Assembly: GCA_965242925.1 (NCBI GenBank)
Contig: CBDEUM010000022.1
Location: forward strand, 160,001 to 224,000
Direction of reading: 5' to 3'
Length of the DNA: 64,000 nt
Source: Roseibacillus sp.
Lineage (GTDB): Bacteria; Verrucomicrobiota; Verrucomicrobiia; Verrucomicrobiales; Akkermansiaceae
Part shown: in pieces, positions 29,823 through 40,299 of the stretch
How the letters are laid out: each line of letters opens with the position of its first letter
Position numbering within the stretch: the stretch's first letter is position 1
Translations under genes and position numbers: made by a program
Notes under the pieces: generated by a model
Database searches by the model: none
Told to the model about the DNA's origin: nothing
The model's input: only the letters and a program-made list of their open reading frames with translations

Positions 29823-30039
29823 AGCGCACTGGCCTTCTTCTCCATAAAGACTCCCGACTGCGCACCCGGCGACACACTCCCGCACGGAGCCGGATGGTCC
29901 CCCGACAGTTGCAGGGACAATAGCACGGAATACTGCCACAAAAATTCACCATTCCCCACGTAATTGGTGTTTGAGCAGACGAATAATTGTGTTCAGCCTC
30001 CTTCTTACCTTCGGAACTACCGGCTCCATCACCATCGTC

Positions 30040-31482
30040 ATGAACACCAAGTCCATCATAACATTCGCGGCCATCGGCCTGCTGGCGGGATCCCTGGCCC
30101 AGGCCAGGCCCAGGGTCTGGAAAGACGCGACCTCAGGGAGAACCCTCACGGCCGAGTTCGTGGAGCTCACCAAGGACGTGATCAAGGTGCGCCGGCGCGA
30201 TGGCAAGGTCGTCAGCATTCCCCTCTCCCGGCTCACCCCGGACGACATCGCCTTCGCCAGGACGGCGGCCGGGAGCGGTGGCCCGCTGGCCAACGACTGG
30301 CCCAGTTGGCGGGGTCCGAATCGTGACGGCCATTCCGCCGACAAGGGATTGCTCTCCAAGTGGCCCGACGGAGGACCCAAACTGGTGTGGGCCTTCGAGG
30401 ATTGTGGCAAGGGCTACAGCTCTCCTTCCGTGGTGGGCAACCGCCTCTACTATACCGGCAGCAGGAAAGGGAAAGCCGAGATCATCTGCCTGGACGCCGG
30501 CAGTGGTGAGGAAACCTGGGCCACCATCATCGGGACCGATCCCGAGAACGGCTACAATACCGGTTGGGGCGCGGGCACCCGTGGGGCTCCCACTGTTGAT
30601 GACGGCCTGGTCTACGCCATGAATGCCAACGGCGATCTCATCTGCCTCACTGCCGACAAGGGAGAGAAAAAATGGGCCCTCAGCCTGGTCGACGACTTCG
30701 GCGGAGCAGTTCCCAAGTGGGGTTACTCCGAATCCCCCCTCATTGACGGGAACAAGTTGATCGTGACCCCCGGTGGCGAACAGGGGGCCATCGTGGCCCT
30801 CGACAAGAAGACCGGAAAGGCCATCTGGCAGAGCAAGGATCTCAAGGACGGCGCGCAGTACTCCTCCGTGATCGTGGCAGACGTAAAGGGCAAGCGACAA
30901 TACATCCAGCTTTTCATGAAAGCGCTGGCCGGGGTGGATGCCGGGACCGGGGATGTCCTCTGGACCTCGAAGTGGCCCGGCCGGACCGCTGTGATTCCTA
31001 CTCCGATTTACGCAGATGGCCACGTCTACATCAGCTCCGGATACGGGGTCGGCTGCAAGCTGGTGGATATCAGTGGGGGCGAGGCCAGGGAAGTCTGGGC
31101 CAACAAGGTGATGAAGAACCATCATGGAAGCGTGATCAAGGTAGGCGACCATGTTTATGGATTCTCGGATGGTCCGGGACTGGTCTGCCAGAACTTCAAG
31201 ACTGGTGAGCAGGTCTGGAGCGAGCGCGGCCCGGGTAAGAGCAAGGGCGCGGTTCACTACGCCGACGGCATGCTCATCTGTCTGGACGAATCGGAAGGCT
31301 CCTGCTTCCTCGCCAAGGCCTCCCCCGACGGGTTTGAGGAACTGGGACGGTTCCCAATGCCCCGCAAGACCGAGCTGCGGGAGGGGACCAGAGGAAAGGT
31401 CTGGACCCATCCGGTTGTCGTGAACGGCAGACTCTATCTTCGCGACCAGGACCTCGTCTTCTGTTTCGATGTGAAGGGGTAG
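30040..31482 (+). CDS. SHD1 domain + PQQ-like beta-propeller protein
   Basis: RVWKD.SG..AEFV..IPLSRL..DD; DWPSWRGPNRDG; GYSSP; SPLIDG; WTHPVV.NGRLYLRD. Confidence 0.85.
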   Translation: MNTKSIITFAAIGLLAGSLAQARPRVWKDATSGRTLTAEFVELTKDVIKVRRRDGKVVSIPLSRLTPDDIAFARTAAGSGGPLANDWPSWRGPNRDGHSADKGLLSKWPDGGPKLVWAFEDCGKGYSSPSVVGNRLYYTGSRKGKAEIICLDAGSGEETWATIIGTDPENGYNTGWGAGTRGAPTVDDGLVYAMNANGDLICLTADKGEKKWALSLVDDFGGAVPKWGYSESPLIDGNKLIVTPGGEQGAIVALDKKTGKAIWQSKDLKDGAQYSSVIVADVKGKRQYIQLFMKALAGVDAGTGDVLWTSKWPGRTAVIPTPIYADGHVYISSGYGVGCKLVDISGGEAREVWANKVMKNHHGSVIKVGDHVYGFSDGPGLVCQNFKTGEQVWSERGPGKSKGAVHYADGMLICLDESEGSCFLAKASPDGFEELGRFPMPRKTELREGTRGKVWTHPVVVNGRLYLRDQDLVFCFDVKG

Positions 31483-31668
31483 CCTCCAGATTCAAGAACC
31501 CATTCGCGGAATCTTGCCAGCCGGGCCTGGCCATCAACGAAAGGTCATGAGCCTGCGGAGGGGCCTTTCTCAATCCGCCTTCCGGCAGCCTGCACCACCC
31601 CTGCGCGGTCGCGAACTTGTCATTACCTGACATTACAGGCTATTGTTCTTCAACGTTCCGAACTCTCC

Positions 31669-32307
31669 GTGCCTCCGCTCTTCCCGAATCCACCTCCCTG
31701 GCTACGCACTATCCTGATTGCCCTGGCCATGGGACTCGGGGCGGTGCTGATTCTGTTCCCGGCCTGGCTCCCGGACAAGAAGAGCGTCCCCCTCGAGGAC
31801 AGCGTAGTGGAGATCATGCAATCCGCGCTGCTCGCCTTCTCGGCTGCGCTGATGTTTGCCACCGCCCCCCACGCCGGCCCATATCGTGCCATCTACCGGG
31901 CGATCGGATTCCTGACCGTTGCCGCCCTTGTCGCCGAGATCGGGGGAGCTGTTGATGACATCATCGAACCACTACGAAGTGAATACCTGATCTGCGCGCT
32001 CCTCGCATGGACCGGTCTCACGTTGCTGCGACACCGCAGGGAAACGCTCTACTTCATTGGATTTGCTTCCCGGCACCCGGCCTCCGGCTTCGCCCTGGCT
32101 GCCCTCATCCTCATCTACGCCTTCTCCCGCGTCTTCGGTTCGAGTGTATTCTGGCGCGCCTCCCTCGGCACGAACTACAATCCCGATATCCCCCCAATCT
32201 GTCGGGGTTACCTCGAATTACTGGCCTGCTATTTCATCCTGCTCGCTGCCATCGGATTCTGCCTGCCTCTTATCCGGCGCCGCTACGGAATGATCTCTGA
32301 ACCATGA
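31669..32307 (+). CDS. multi-pass membrane protein
   Basis: about six hydrophobic segments; ATGA overlap with the next gene. Confidence 0.7.
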   Translation: MPPLFPNPPPWLRTILIALAMGLGAVLILFPAWLPDKKSVPLEDSVVEIMQSALLAFSAALMFATAPHAGPYRAIYRAIGFLTVAALVAEIGGAVDDIIEPLRSEYLICALLAWTGLTLLRHRRETLYFIGFASRHPASGFALAALILIYAFSRVFGSSVFWRASLGTNYNPDIPPICRGYLELLACYFILLAAIGFCLPLIRRRYGMISEP

Positions 32308-33683
32308 GCCGCAATAGGAAAAGGGGTCTGCTCAAGCGACTCCAATGGGGGGTTGAGTGCTCGAGTTTCCTCGCCTTGGAACGCCTTGGCGCCTTCTTCG
32401 CGATGCCCTCTCTCTGGCGCGCAGGAGCAGGACTTTCGGTGGTAGGTCGCCTCTTTTCCTCCCGTTGGAACATCGTCCGCAGCAACCTCCGGACCGCCGT
32501 GGGCCCCACAACCAGCGAGGAAGAGATCTCCGTCCTTACGCGTGAGGTCTTCCGCCACACCGCTGCCAATCTCCTCACCGCCCTGAAGAGCGCCCAGCTG
32601 CCCTCACCCCTCGTCCGGGAGGTGCTTGCACCTGAGAACATTGAGGTCTTCGAGCGCGCCTTCAGAAAGGGAAAAGGAGTCATTCTTGTCTCCGCCCACA
32701 TGGGCAATTTCGAATTGCTGGCGCAGGGCCTGGGGGCCTTCCGGCCCGAGATCCGGATCGCAGGAATTTATCGTCCTCTCAACAACATCTACCTCGACAC
32801 GATCATACGTGAACGGAGGGCTCATCGAGGCATGAAGTTGTTCGCGAAGCTCACTTCTTATCATGGTCCCATCAAGTGGGTGCGCAACCAGGGCGTACTC
32901 GGAATTGTCGCCGACCAGCGGGCCGGTCGTTCCGGATCAATCACCCCCTTTTTCGGGCGCCTCATGTCCATGTCCCCGCTGCCCGCCTTCATCCACAAAC
33001 ACACCGGCGCTCCCATCATAGGAATCTCCATGAAGACCACCTCCCCGGGGAGGTGGAAGGTCGCGTTCCACGAACTTGAAATCAGCGAGGGGGAAAACGT
33101 CACCACCGCTCACATCGCCTCCCTCCTTGAAACAATCGTCACCCAGTCCATCGTCGACGTGTTCTGGATGCAGGATCTCTGGCGCATGAACATCAAGCGG
33201 CCTCTGGAAATCCCGGGCCGGAAAGGACCGATTCGCCTGGAGGGTGACCGCAACAAACCTCTCTACCCCTTCTCCATCCTTGTCCGTGTTCCTGACAACG
33301 GGCGGGAATTCGCACAAACGATCCCGGCTCTCACCGCCCTCGCGCATTCACGCCCCGACTGCGATCTGCATCTTCTCGCAAGGGAACGGATCCGGGACGC
33401 GGCAGACAGCTCCGGAGTGGCCCACACGTTCCACTCCATCGAGGCCAACAAACTCCCTCCCGGCCTCGTTCTCGCCATCGCCTTCACCGACCACGAGCGC
33501 ACCGCCCGGGAACTCGCCCATCTCTACGCGGGCCCCACCTACACCCTGTCCGCTGCCATGCAATCCAGGGAAAACTGGCACTCCATCCCGATTGAGGAGA
33601 GTCTCTCCCCGGAGGCCCGCTGGCTCGGATTGGCCAGATCGCTTGGAATGCACGATCCACCCCTGCAATGGACGTATGTCTGA
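32304..33683 (+). CDS. lipid A late acyltransferase (LpxL/HtrB-like) fused to a degenerate GT9-like domain
   Basis: HMGNFE (HX4E), YRPLNN, VADQ; C-terminal ILVRVP..IPAL.AL..RPD. Confidence 0.8.
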   Translation: MSRNRKRGLLKRLQWGVECSSFLALERLGAFFAMPSLWRAGAGLSVVGRLFSSRWNIVRSNLRTAVGPTTSEEEISVLTREVFRHTAANLLTALKSAQLPSPLVREVLAPENIEVFERAFRKGKGVILVSAHMGNFELLAQGLGAFRPEIRIAGIYRPLNNIYLDTIIRERRAHRGMKLFAKLTSYHGPIKWVRNQGVLGIVADQRAGRSGSITPFFGRLMSMSPLPAFIHKHTGAPIIGISMKTTSPGRWKVAFHELEISEGENVTTAHIASLLETIVTQSIVDVFWMQDLWRMNIKRPLEIPGRKGPIRLEGDRNKPLYPFSILVRVPDNGREFAQTIPALTALAHSRPDCDLHLLARERIRDAADSSGVAHTFHSIEANKLPPGLVLAIAFTDHERTARELAHLYAGPTYTLSAAMQSRENWHSIPIEESLSPEARWLGLARSLGMHDPPLQWTYV

Positions 33684-34587
33684 CTCCCGCACCATCGAGA
33701 ATGCCGGTTCCAATCCTGAGGCTCCGCTCCTCTGGCTCGTCACCGATGGCAAGACCGGTCACGAAAATCAAACCCGCGCCCTGGCGGAGAATCTCCAGGC
33801 TCTGGCTCCATTTCGGATTCATGAAGGAGGCACTTCCATGGGCGGATTGCTGCAGAGTAAAGAACGTGCCTCCCTGGTCATCGGCACAGGCCATCGCACC
33901 CACCTTGCCCTTCTCGCCGCGGCCCGGCGCTTCGACTGCCCTTCGGTGGTCATCATGAAACCAACCATCCCAACGGTATTTTTCGATCTTTGCTTCATTC
34001 CCGAACACGATCTTGGCAGACCCCCGGGTCCCAATGTGGTTCCCACCAAGGGCATGCTCAACCGCGTCCCGGTCGAAAGCCCCCCAAAGCAGGAGCGCGG
34101 GCTCATCCTGGTTGGAGGCCCCTCCAGGCATCACGGGTTTGAGGCAGAACCCCTGATGGCGATCATCAGGAAAATCCTGGCGGACCGGACCGGACTGGCC
34201 TGGGATCTCACCGACTCGCGACGGACTCCGGAGGAGTTTCGCGAACATCTGGGCAAACTCGACCTGCAGTTCCATCCATCGACCGAATGTCCGGACGACT
34301 GGCTTCTCGACGCCCTGCTGGCGGCCCGAGAGATCTGGGTCACCGAGGACAGCATGTCCATGATCTACGAGGCCCTCACCGCGCGAGCCAGAGTAGGTCT
34401 CCTGCCCATGCCACGGAAATCCAATCGTAGCCGGGTGGCGCGCAGCGTCGACCGACTGGTCAGGGAAGGCTGGACCTGTTTCCCTGATGCCAGAGCGTCA
34501 TCCGAACTCACCGCCCCTCCGGCCGTCCTGCACGAAGCATCGCGCTGCGCGCGCGAAGTCCTGCAACGCTTCCCCGCTCTCGCATGA
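33676..34587 (+). CDS. ELM1/GtrOC1 family putative glycosyltransferase
   Basis: DGKTGHENQ, PEHD, LVGGPSRH, SRRTP, VTEDSMSMIYEA. Confidence 0.88.
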   Translation: MSDSRTIENAGSNPEAPLLWLVTDGKTGHENQTRALAENLQALAPFRIHEGGTSMGGLLQSKERASLVIGTGHRTHLALLAAARRFDCPSVVIMKPTIPTVFFDLCFIPEHDLGRPPGPNVVPTKGMLNRVPVESPPKQERGLILVGGPSRHHGFEAEPLMAIIRKILADRTGLAWDLTDSRRTPEEFREHLGKLDLQFHPSTECPDDWLLDALLAAREIWVTEDSMSMIYEALTARARVGLLPMPRKSNRSRVARSVDRLVREGWTCFPDARASSELTAPPAVLHEASRCAREVLQRFPALA

Positions 34588-35672
34588 AAGTCCTGCAGAT
34601 CCTTCCCGAACTCAATAGTGGCGGAGTAGAACGCGGCACGCTCGAACTGGCAGGATACCTGGTGGAGCACGGGCATGAATCGGTGGTGATTTCCAACGGT
34701 GGCAGCATGGTGGAGGCGTTGGAAGCGGCCGGAGCACGTCACATCCAGATGCCCGTGCATCATAAGTCGCCGAAGGCTCTTCTGCAGGTCCGGGCTTTAC
34801 GACGGGTTCTGGCCGCGGAACGCCCATCGATCCTCCACCTGCGTTCCCGCCTGCCCGCGTGGATCGGCTATCTCGCCCGGAAACGGATGGACCGTGACCT
34901 GCAGCCGGTCCTGGTCAGCACGGTACACGGCTTCAATTCGGTGAATGCCTACTCGCGGATAATGACAATGGCCGAGCGGGTCATTGCTGTTTCCGGTTGC
35001 ATCAGGGAGCATGTGCTGCAGCACTATCCCGGTTGTCCCGGGGAGAACATTCACGTCATTCCCCGTGGTGTGGATCCAGAGATCTACAACCCTGACCATC
35101 AACCTGACGACCATTGGAGGTCGAAATGGGAGGAGGATTTCCCCGAACTGCAGGGCAGGAAACTGGTGACTCTTCCCGGGCGTATAACCCGCCTGAAGGG
35201 TCACGAGGATCTCTTTGATATCATGGGGAAACTGCCCGCCGAATTCCACGGCGTGGTGGCGGGGGGAACCCACCCGCGAAAACAGTCCTATCTGAAGGAG
35301 CTCCAGTCCCGGCTCTCCGAGATGAACCTTGGCAAGCGGGTCACCTTCATAGGCCAACGCAGGGACATGCGCGAAGTGCTTGCCGAATCCAGCATCGTGG
35401 TTTCACTGTCGCAGAGTCCGGAGTCCTTCGGGCGAACCACTCTTGAAGCGCTGTCACTGGGGACTCCCGTGATAGGATACCATCATGGAGGAGTGGGAGA
35501 AATACTGCGCAGCTGCTTTCCTGAAGGGCGGGTGCAAAAGGGAGACCTGGGCAGGGTCGTGCAGTTGATTCATGATTTTGCAGAGAACGTCCCGCCCATC
35601 CAGGCACCTGGAGACTTCACCCTGGATCGAATGCTCTCCTCTACGCTCTCACTTTATCTCGGTGCAGTTTAA
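34584..35672 (+). CDS. GT4 glycosyltransferase
   Basis: QILPEL.SGGVERGT, RSRLPAW, GRITRLKG, ESFGRTTLEA. Confidence 0.92.
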   Translation: MKVLQILPELNSGGVERGTLELAGYLVEHGHESVVISNGGSMVEALEAAGARHIQMPVHHKSPKALLQVRALRRVLAAERPSILHLRSRLPAWIGYLARKRMDRDLQPVLVSTVHGFNSVNAYSRIMTMAERVIAVSGCIREHVLQHYPGCPGENIHVIPRGVDPEIYNPDHQPDDHWRSKWEEDFPELQGRKLVTLPGRITRLKGHEDLFDIMGKLPAEFHGVVAGGTHPRKQSYLKELQSRLSEMNLGKRVTFIGQRRDMREVLAESSIVVSLSQSPESFGRTTLEALSLGTPVIGYHHGGVGEILRSCFPEGRVQKGDLGRVVQLIHDFAENVPPIQAPGDFTLDRMLSSTLSLYLGAV

Positions 35673-35826
35673 TCTTGGCAGTGACAGGGAAGATCGCACA
35701 CTTGCGCAGGGGCAACACCCGGCGCATTTGTCGGACTCGGCCCCCTTCCATTTCCTTCCGGACCGGAGAAACGGTCTCGAGGATTTCCAAACAGAGTATT
35801 TCAGATCCTAAGATCGAAGTGGTGAG

Positions 35827-37041
35827 ATGGCATTGCTGGACAATTGCATCAGGGGAATCAGGGAGGGGCCGTGGACGCTGCTTCAGTTGCGGGGGGACTT
35901 GATCAGCAGCGCGGATGTGAATGGTGATGACGTCGATTTCCTGACTTCTCCCGAGTCACTTGAACTTCTGCTGAAATCGGTCTTTGAGTGGACCAGGAAC
36001 GGGTGGTGCCATGGGCATGTCCGGCGCCGCCTGAACCGGAAGGCCGAACTTTGCCTCTTTTCCCCGGAAGGTTCCGCGTGCCTGAAACTGGATCTCTGGC
36101 TTCGCCTCCCTCAACTGGACGAGGGCCGCACCCTGATCCTGGAGAACTGTGTCGAGCTGTTGTCAGGAACCGGCATTCAGCGCCTTCCCCTGAGACTGGA
36201 AGTGGCCCTCTACCTGCAGCATCTGCTGGCCAAAAAAAAGGATCTGAGGGAGGACAAGTACCGCAAATCCCTGGCCGATTACCGCCAGCGGTGTCCGGAA
36301 TTCGCACTCGACCTGGAGAGGGTGGAGGAACTGGGAATCATTCCGGGGGAGGTGAAGGAGCACAGCGCCGGGACTCTAAGGGAGGCTTTCGGAGAATCGC
36401 CGGCGCGAAAGACGTCTCTTCTTGGTATTCATGAGGAAGGGTTCCTCTCTTACCCACGGACCGTGAAGGCGATCTCGGTGATGGGATGTGATGGCGCGGG
36501 CAAGACCTCCCTCTCGTGGTCGCTTGCGGAGCTTGAGAAACGGTATGCGAGGGTCTTTACCGGGAAGCACCTCTACCGGAAGTCGTGGCTCTACAAACTT
36601 GCGGTGATCTTCATTCGGCCATTCACCTTTCAGTCACGTGAACGATTTGATGAACTCTTCGCTCCACTGGTTTACCTGCGTGCCTGCCTGGGATTGCGGA
36701 TAAAACTTCTCCGATGGAAGCGGGGCATCACCCTGATTGACCGGGGTCTCCTTGATTTCATGTATCTCAACCGGAAAAGTGATCGTCCGGGCTTCTCCCG
36801 TCTCTTTTTCCTGAGCCGCCTGTGCGGAAAGCGCATCCCCGTAGTACATGTGATGGCGGACTATGCAGCGATCAGACAGCGCAAGGACGAAGTCAGCGAG
36901 AAGGGACATGAATGTTACGACATGGACATGTGGCAGGCGCATGCACTGCGATGTCCAACCGATTACCTGGCTTTCAACAACACGGGTTCGCTCAAGAGCT
37001 CCTCTCAGACCCTCGATCAGGTCCTCCGGGAACTATCCTGA
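35827..37041 (+). CDS. nucleotidyltransferase-like N-terminus + thymidylate-kinase-like P-loop domain
   Basis: LR...GDDVDFL; GCDGAGKT and LIDR..D. Confidence 0.6.
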   Translation: MALLDNCIRGIREGPWTLLQLRGDLISSADVNGDDVDFLTSPESLELLLKSVFEWTRNGWCHGHVRRRLNRKAELCLFSPEGSACLKLDLWLRLPQLDEGRTLILENCVELLSGTGIQRLPLRLEVALYLQHLLAKKKDLREDKYRKSLADYRQRCPEFALDLERVEELGIIPGEVKEHSAGTLREAFGESPARKTSLLGIHEEGFLSYPRTVKAISVMGCDGAGKTSLSWSLAELEKRYARVFTGKHLYRKSWLYKLAVIFIRPFTFQSRERFDELFAPLVYLRACLGLRIKLLRWKRGITLIDRGLLDFMYLNRKSDRPGFSRLFFLSRLCGKRIPVVHVMADYAAIRQRKDEVSEKGHECYDMDMWQAHALRCPTDYLAFNNTGSLKSSSQTLDQVLRELS

Positions 37042-37844
37042 GGCAGACCCGGGAAGACTTCCCGAAGGACATCGCATACTGCATCTTCGCGTGCAAGGCG
37101 CTGAAGCCTTGAAAAAATAAAATCCAACCCGGCTGACCGGATCTCGGCAGGAACAATGGCATTCAGCAGGGTTCCCAGACGCCTCAAGTCAGACTTGAGG
37201 TCCGCCCCTCCTCTACGGGGTTTTGTACAGTCTTCGATCAGGCGCAGGTAATCGAAGGCCTTCTGCTGGTCCTCTCGAATCCACGGAGCCGGTCCGAACT
37301 CAAAGTCAATCAGACAGGTCCTCGCGGAGCAGGGATCAAAGAGAACATTGCCGAGATTCAGGTCCAGGTGAGTCAACCCAGTCCCGTGCATGGAGGCGAG
37401 CGCGGGAAGAACGGTCTCCAGCAGGGACCAGATCTCCCCGGAATCCGCTACAAGTCGTCGCGAGGCCCGGTCCCACGGCAACCAAGAACAAACCATGAAA
37501 TCAGGACCCCGCACAAGCGGTTCGGGAGAAAGACCAAGAGGAAAGAGCATCGAGTAGGCATGCCACTCGCGCTCAATCCGTCCGCGGTCGTCCAGAGGGA
37601 TGCCCGGATCGAGAGGGCCAATAGGATCCTGCTGATCCTTGGTGGGGTTATTAAGCCGGAGGATCCCCAGGCGTCTGCCTCCTTCCACGGTGAAGATCTC
37701 ATCGTACCCTCCTTTCATCGGGGCCGGAACAAGTCGAACGGATTCGCCCAGAGCCTTGCCGATTTCATCCTCCAATTCACGACAGCGTGGGGCGATGGCG
37801 GCGATTTCGCGCCTTCTTCGAACCCATCGCTTGAGAGATTTCAT
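37017..37844 (-). CDS. Kdo/WaaP-like (protein-kinase-like) phosphotransferase
   Basis: HLDLNLGNVL, LIDFE; likely start MKSLKRW; 25-nt convergent overlap with the preceding gene. Confidence 0.7.
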   Translation of the reverse strand: MKSLKRWVRRRREIAAIAPRCRELEDEIGKALGESVRLVPAPMKGGYDEIFTVEGGRRLGILRLNNPTKDQQDPIGPLDPGIPLDDRGRIEREWHAYSMLFPLGLSPEPLVRGPDFMVCSWLPWDRASRRLVADSGEIWSLLETVLPALASMHGTGLTHLDLNLGNVLFDPCSARTCLIDFEFGPAPWIREDQQKAFDYLRLIEDCTKPRRGGADLKSDLRRLGTLLNAIVPAEIRSAGLDFIFSRLQRLAREDAVCDVLREVFPGLPQDSSRRT

Positions 37845-37851
37845 CGTAGAA

Positions 37852-38652
37852 CTAGACGTGGGCAATGACGACAAGATCCTGGAATCCCTTCCCGGGGATC
37901 CGGACAGGATCCGGGTAATCATCAACTGGCAATCCTTCCCCCTGCATCAGATTATCAAGTTGATATTCCCCGGGGTAGAGCCCGGAAAAATAGTGCTCCA
38001 CCTTCCTGAAGCGGGAAGAGATTTCTTCGATGAGGTCCAGGCCTATGGTTCGGGAACGGTCGTTTCTCCACTCCCCGAATTCATCAGTCATCAAGCAAGT
38101 GTAGGATTCCGCAATGATTGCCACTCCCCCGGGCTTCAGGATGCGCCGGATCTCATCAAGGCAGGCGGCGAGGTTCGGGGGAACATTCAGGACCCGGGAA
38201 ACAAGCAGGGCGTCATAAGAAAAATCCGGAAAGCTGAGGTCCTGGAGGTCCTCCTGGAAATCGACATTTTTTTTGAGGAGGTCGGCACTATGGCAGGTTT
38301 CAAAGCGGGCCAAGAGTAATTTCCGGAGGCACTCTTCAGGGGCGATATGCAGAACTGATTTTCCAGCGGGAGACCAGTCCTGAAAGAGCTCTTCGAGCAC
38401 CAGATGTGTCATGCGGTGCCTTTCGGCAGAGGCGCAACGGGGACACTTTGAATGAAGGCGAAGCAGAGGAGGTGCTTTCACGATTCGCTTGTCCTTGAAT
38501 GGACCGCGATAGTCGCATATGGGACAGTGGAAATGCGGTCGGGGGGATAGCGCCCGGAACATGGCGGGGCGAATCCACCGTTTCAGGGTCTCGGTCCACT
38601 GTTGTCTCACTTCAGAGTATCGCAATCTTATCTGCCAGTCTCCCCCAAGCAC
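37852..38652 (-). CDS. class I SAM methyltransferase with N-terminal Zn-ribbon
   Basis: CPIC..CPRC; VLHIAPE; EIRRILKPGG. Confidence 0.8.
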   Translation of the reverse strand: MLGGDWQIRLRYSEVRQQWTETLKRWIRPAMFRALSPRPHFHCPICDYRGPFKDKRIVKAPPLLRLHSKCPRCASAERHRMTHLVLEELFQDWSPAGKSVLHIAPEECLRKLLLARFETCHSADLLKKNVDFQEDLQDLSFPDFSYDALLVSRVLNVPPNLAACLDEIRRILKPGGVAIIAESYTCLMTDEFGEWRNDRSRTIGLDLIEEISSRFRKVEHYFSGLYPGEYQLDNLMQGEGLPVDDYPDPVRIPGKGFQDLVVIAHV

Positions 38653-38655
38653 AGA

Positions 38656-39357
38656 TCATTCTCCGCGGTGTCTCAGGAAACCCTGATCCCAGCTGCTCTT
38701 CTCCCGCAACTCATCGGTGACCCCGCCGGACTTCGCAAACGAAACGATTCGGGGCCATGCTCTGGCCAGTCGCTTGGCGACTTTCCGTCGACCCAGGGAA
38801 GGAATCCAACGGGCCAGGGGTAGCCACGCCGGATCGCCCACACCATCGATCAAAACCAGACGCCACCGGTCATTGCCCAGGTCCTTCGCGACAAGGTTGT
38901 GATCATGCAGATTCCGGGTCAGGATACGATGAGACAGGAGGAATTCGGAAAACTCCTTATACGCCAGCTCCAGTCGCCCGGGGTCAACACCAGTGGAGGC
39001 CAACTCCCTGATTGAACGGGAGATCCTCCCATCATGATCGCGGACAAGGTCAAGCACGAGTCCTGGGCCCAGGTCGGTCTCCTCAAAGCCGTGGCAAAGA
39101 GGAAGATGTGCGGCCATGACATCTCCAATGCGAAGATGAACCCGGTGGAGTTCTCTGGCTTCATCAGCATTGTTGTCATACTTCCGCCTCCAACGTAGTG
39201 GAACCCACCTTCTCTTCGCTGACAGGCGGACGGTTCGACGATCATCCGTTCGCAGCACTTTGACGCATCTTGATGCATTTTCCGGGTGCACATAACATTC
39301 GCGCCGTCCTCCGACACCGAAAGGCTCAAGGTTTTTCAGTTTCAAAGAATCCATCAC
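38656..39357 (-). CDS. YrbL family kinase-like protein
   Basis: GGRRECYVHP..CVKV, ETDLGPGLV, HNLV, LIDGVG. Confidence 0.82.
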   Translation of the reverse strand: MMDSLKLKNLEPFGVGGRRECYVHPENASRCVKVLRTDDRRTVRLSAKRRWVPLRWRRKYDNNADEARELHRVHLRIGDVMAAHLPLCHGFEETDLGPGLVLDLVRDHDGRISRSIRELASTGVDPGRLELAYKEFSEFLLSHRILTRNLHDHNLVAKDLGNDRWRLVLIDGVGDPAWLPLARWIPSLGRRKVAKRLARAWPRIVSFAKSGGVTDELREKSSWDQGFLRHRGE

Positions 39358-40173
39358 TCACTTGCTCAGGCCACGCTTACCGCCACGCATGCGCAGCACA
39401 AACCCCGGCATTCCTTCCTTCCCGGATATTTTTACCCGCGGGATCTCGTAGGGAGAAAGAGGGGGAGACCCCATCACTCCCGGTTCCACGGTCACGGCCG
39501 CCAGATAGCCCGCCTCCTCTGCCATCCTGCAATGGCGCGGCTCGTAAATTCCGAAGGGATAGGCGAAGGTTGGGGGGATTACGCCGAAGCGTTCTGCAAA
39601 GTCCTGCCGGGCTGCCAGGATTTCCCTCCGGGCATCTTCGGTCGAAATCTTACTGAGATTGGCATGGGTGGTGGTGTGTCCCCCCAGTTCCCAGCGTCCG
39701 GTGGCGAGCAATTCACGAACTTCCTCGTCACTGAGCTTCGGCTCCGAGGCAAGTTCATCATCCGGGTGATGCGCCTTCTTCTTGCTCGACCAGGAACCCT
39801 CGCGTTCGGTGACGAGATACAGGGTGGCCTTCCCCTCAAATTCGGCCAGGATCCGGTCGGCCTCAAGGAGGTTGTCACGGTAGCCATCGTCGAAGGTGAG
39901 GCAGACTGCCGGCATGGGAGGAGAGGTAGCGAGCAACTCGCTGGCGTGGAGAAAGGTGAATTCTTTTCTGCGGAGCCAGCTTACTTGTTTTCGAAATTCA
40001 TCCGGCGGAACCCGGAGTTTGTTGAACCGGGTGCCGGGACGGTGGCAACAGACCATGTGATACATCAGCACCCGTGGCCGGTTCCAGGGGGTCGCCGGCC
40101 TCCACCAGGCGTAGCGCCAGCTGAGCCACAGGAGCGTCAGGATCGAAAGACCCGCAAGGAGGGGCGTGATCAT
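39358..40173 (-). CDS. membrane-anchored polysaccharide deacetylase (CE4)
   Basis: VLMYH, LTFDDGY, GGHTTTH, FAYPFG. Confidence 0.9.
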   Translation of the reverse strand: MITPLLAGLSILTLLWLSWRYAWWRPATPWNRPRVLMYHMVCCHRPGTRFNKLRVPPDEFRKQVSWLRRKEFTFLHASELLATSPPMPAVCLTFDDGYRDNLLEADRILAEFEGKATLYLVTEREGSWSSKKKAHHPDDELASEPKLSDEEVRELLATGRWELGGHTTTHANLSKISTEDARREILAARQDFAERFGVIPPTFAYPFGIYEPRHCRMAEEAGYLAAVTVEPGVMGSPPLSPYEIPRVKISGKEGMPGFVLRMRGGKRGLSK

Positions 40174-40299
40174 GGAAGAGGAGAAAACAATGAGAGCCCG
40201 CAATGGCGGGAAACGCAGGTCGGCGTGGCCGATCCCGGAAAACTGTCTTTCTCACCTGGGATGACAGGAAACAGCACCCTCTTTGAATTTCCCGCCATC

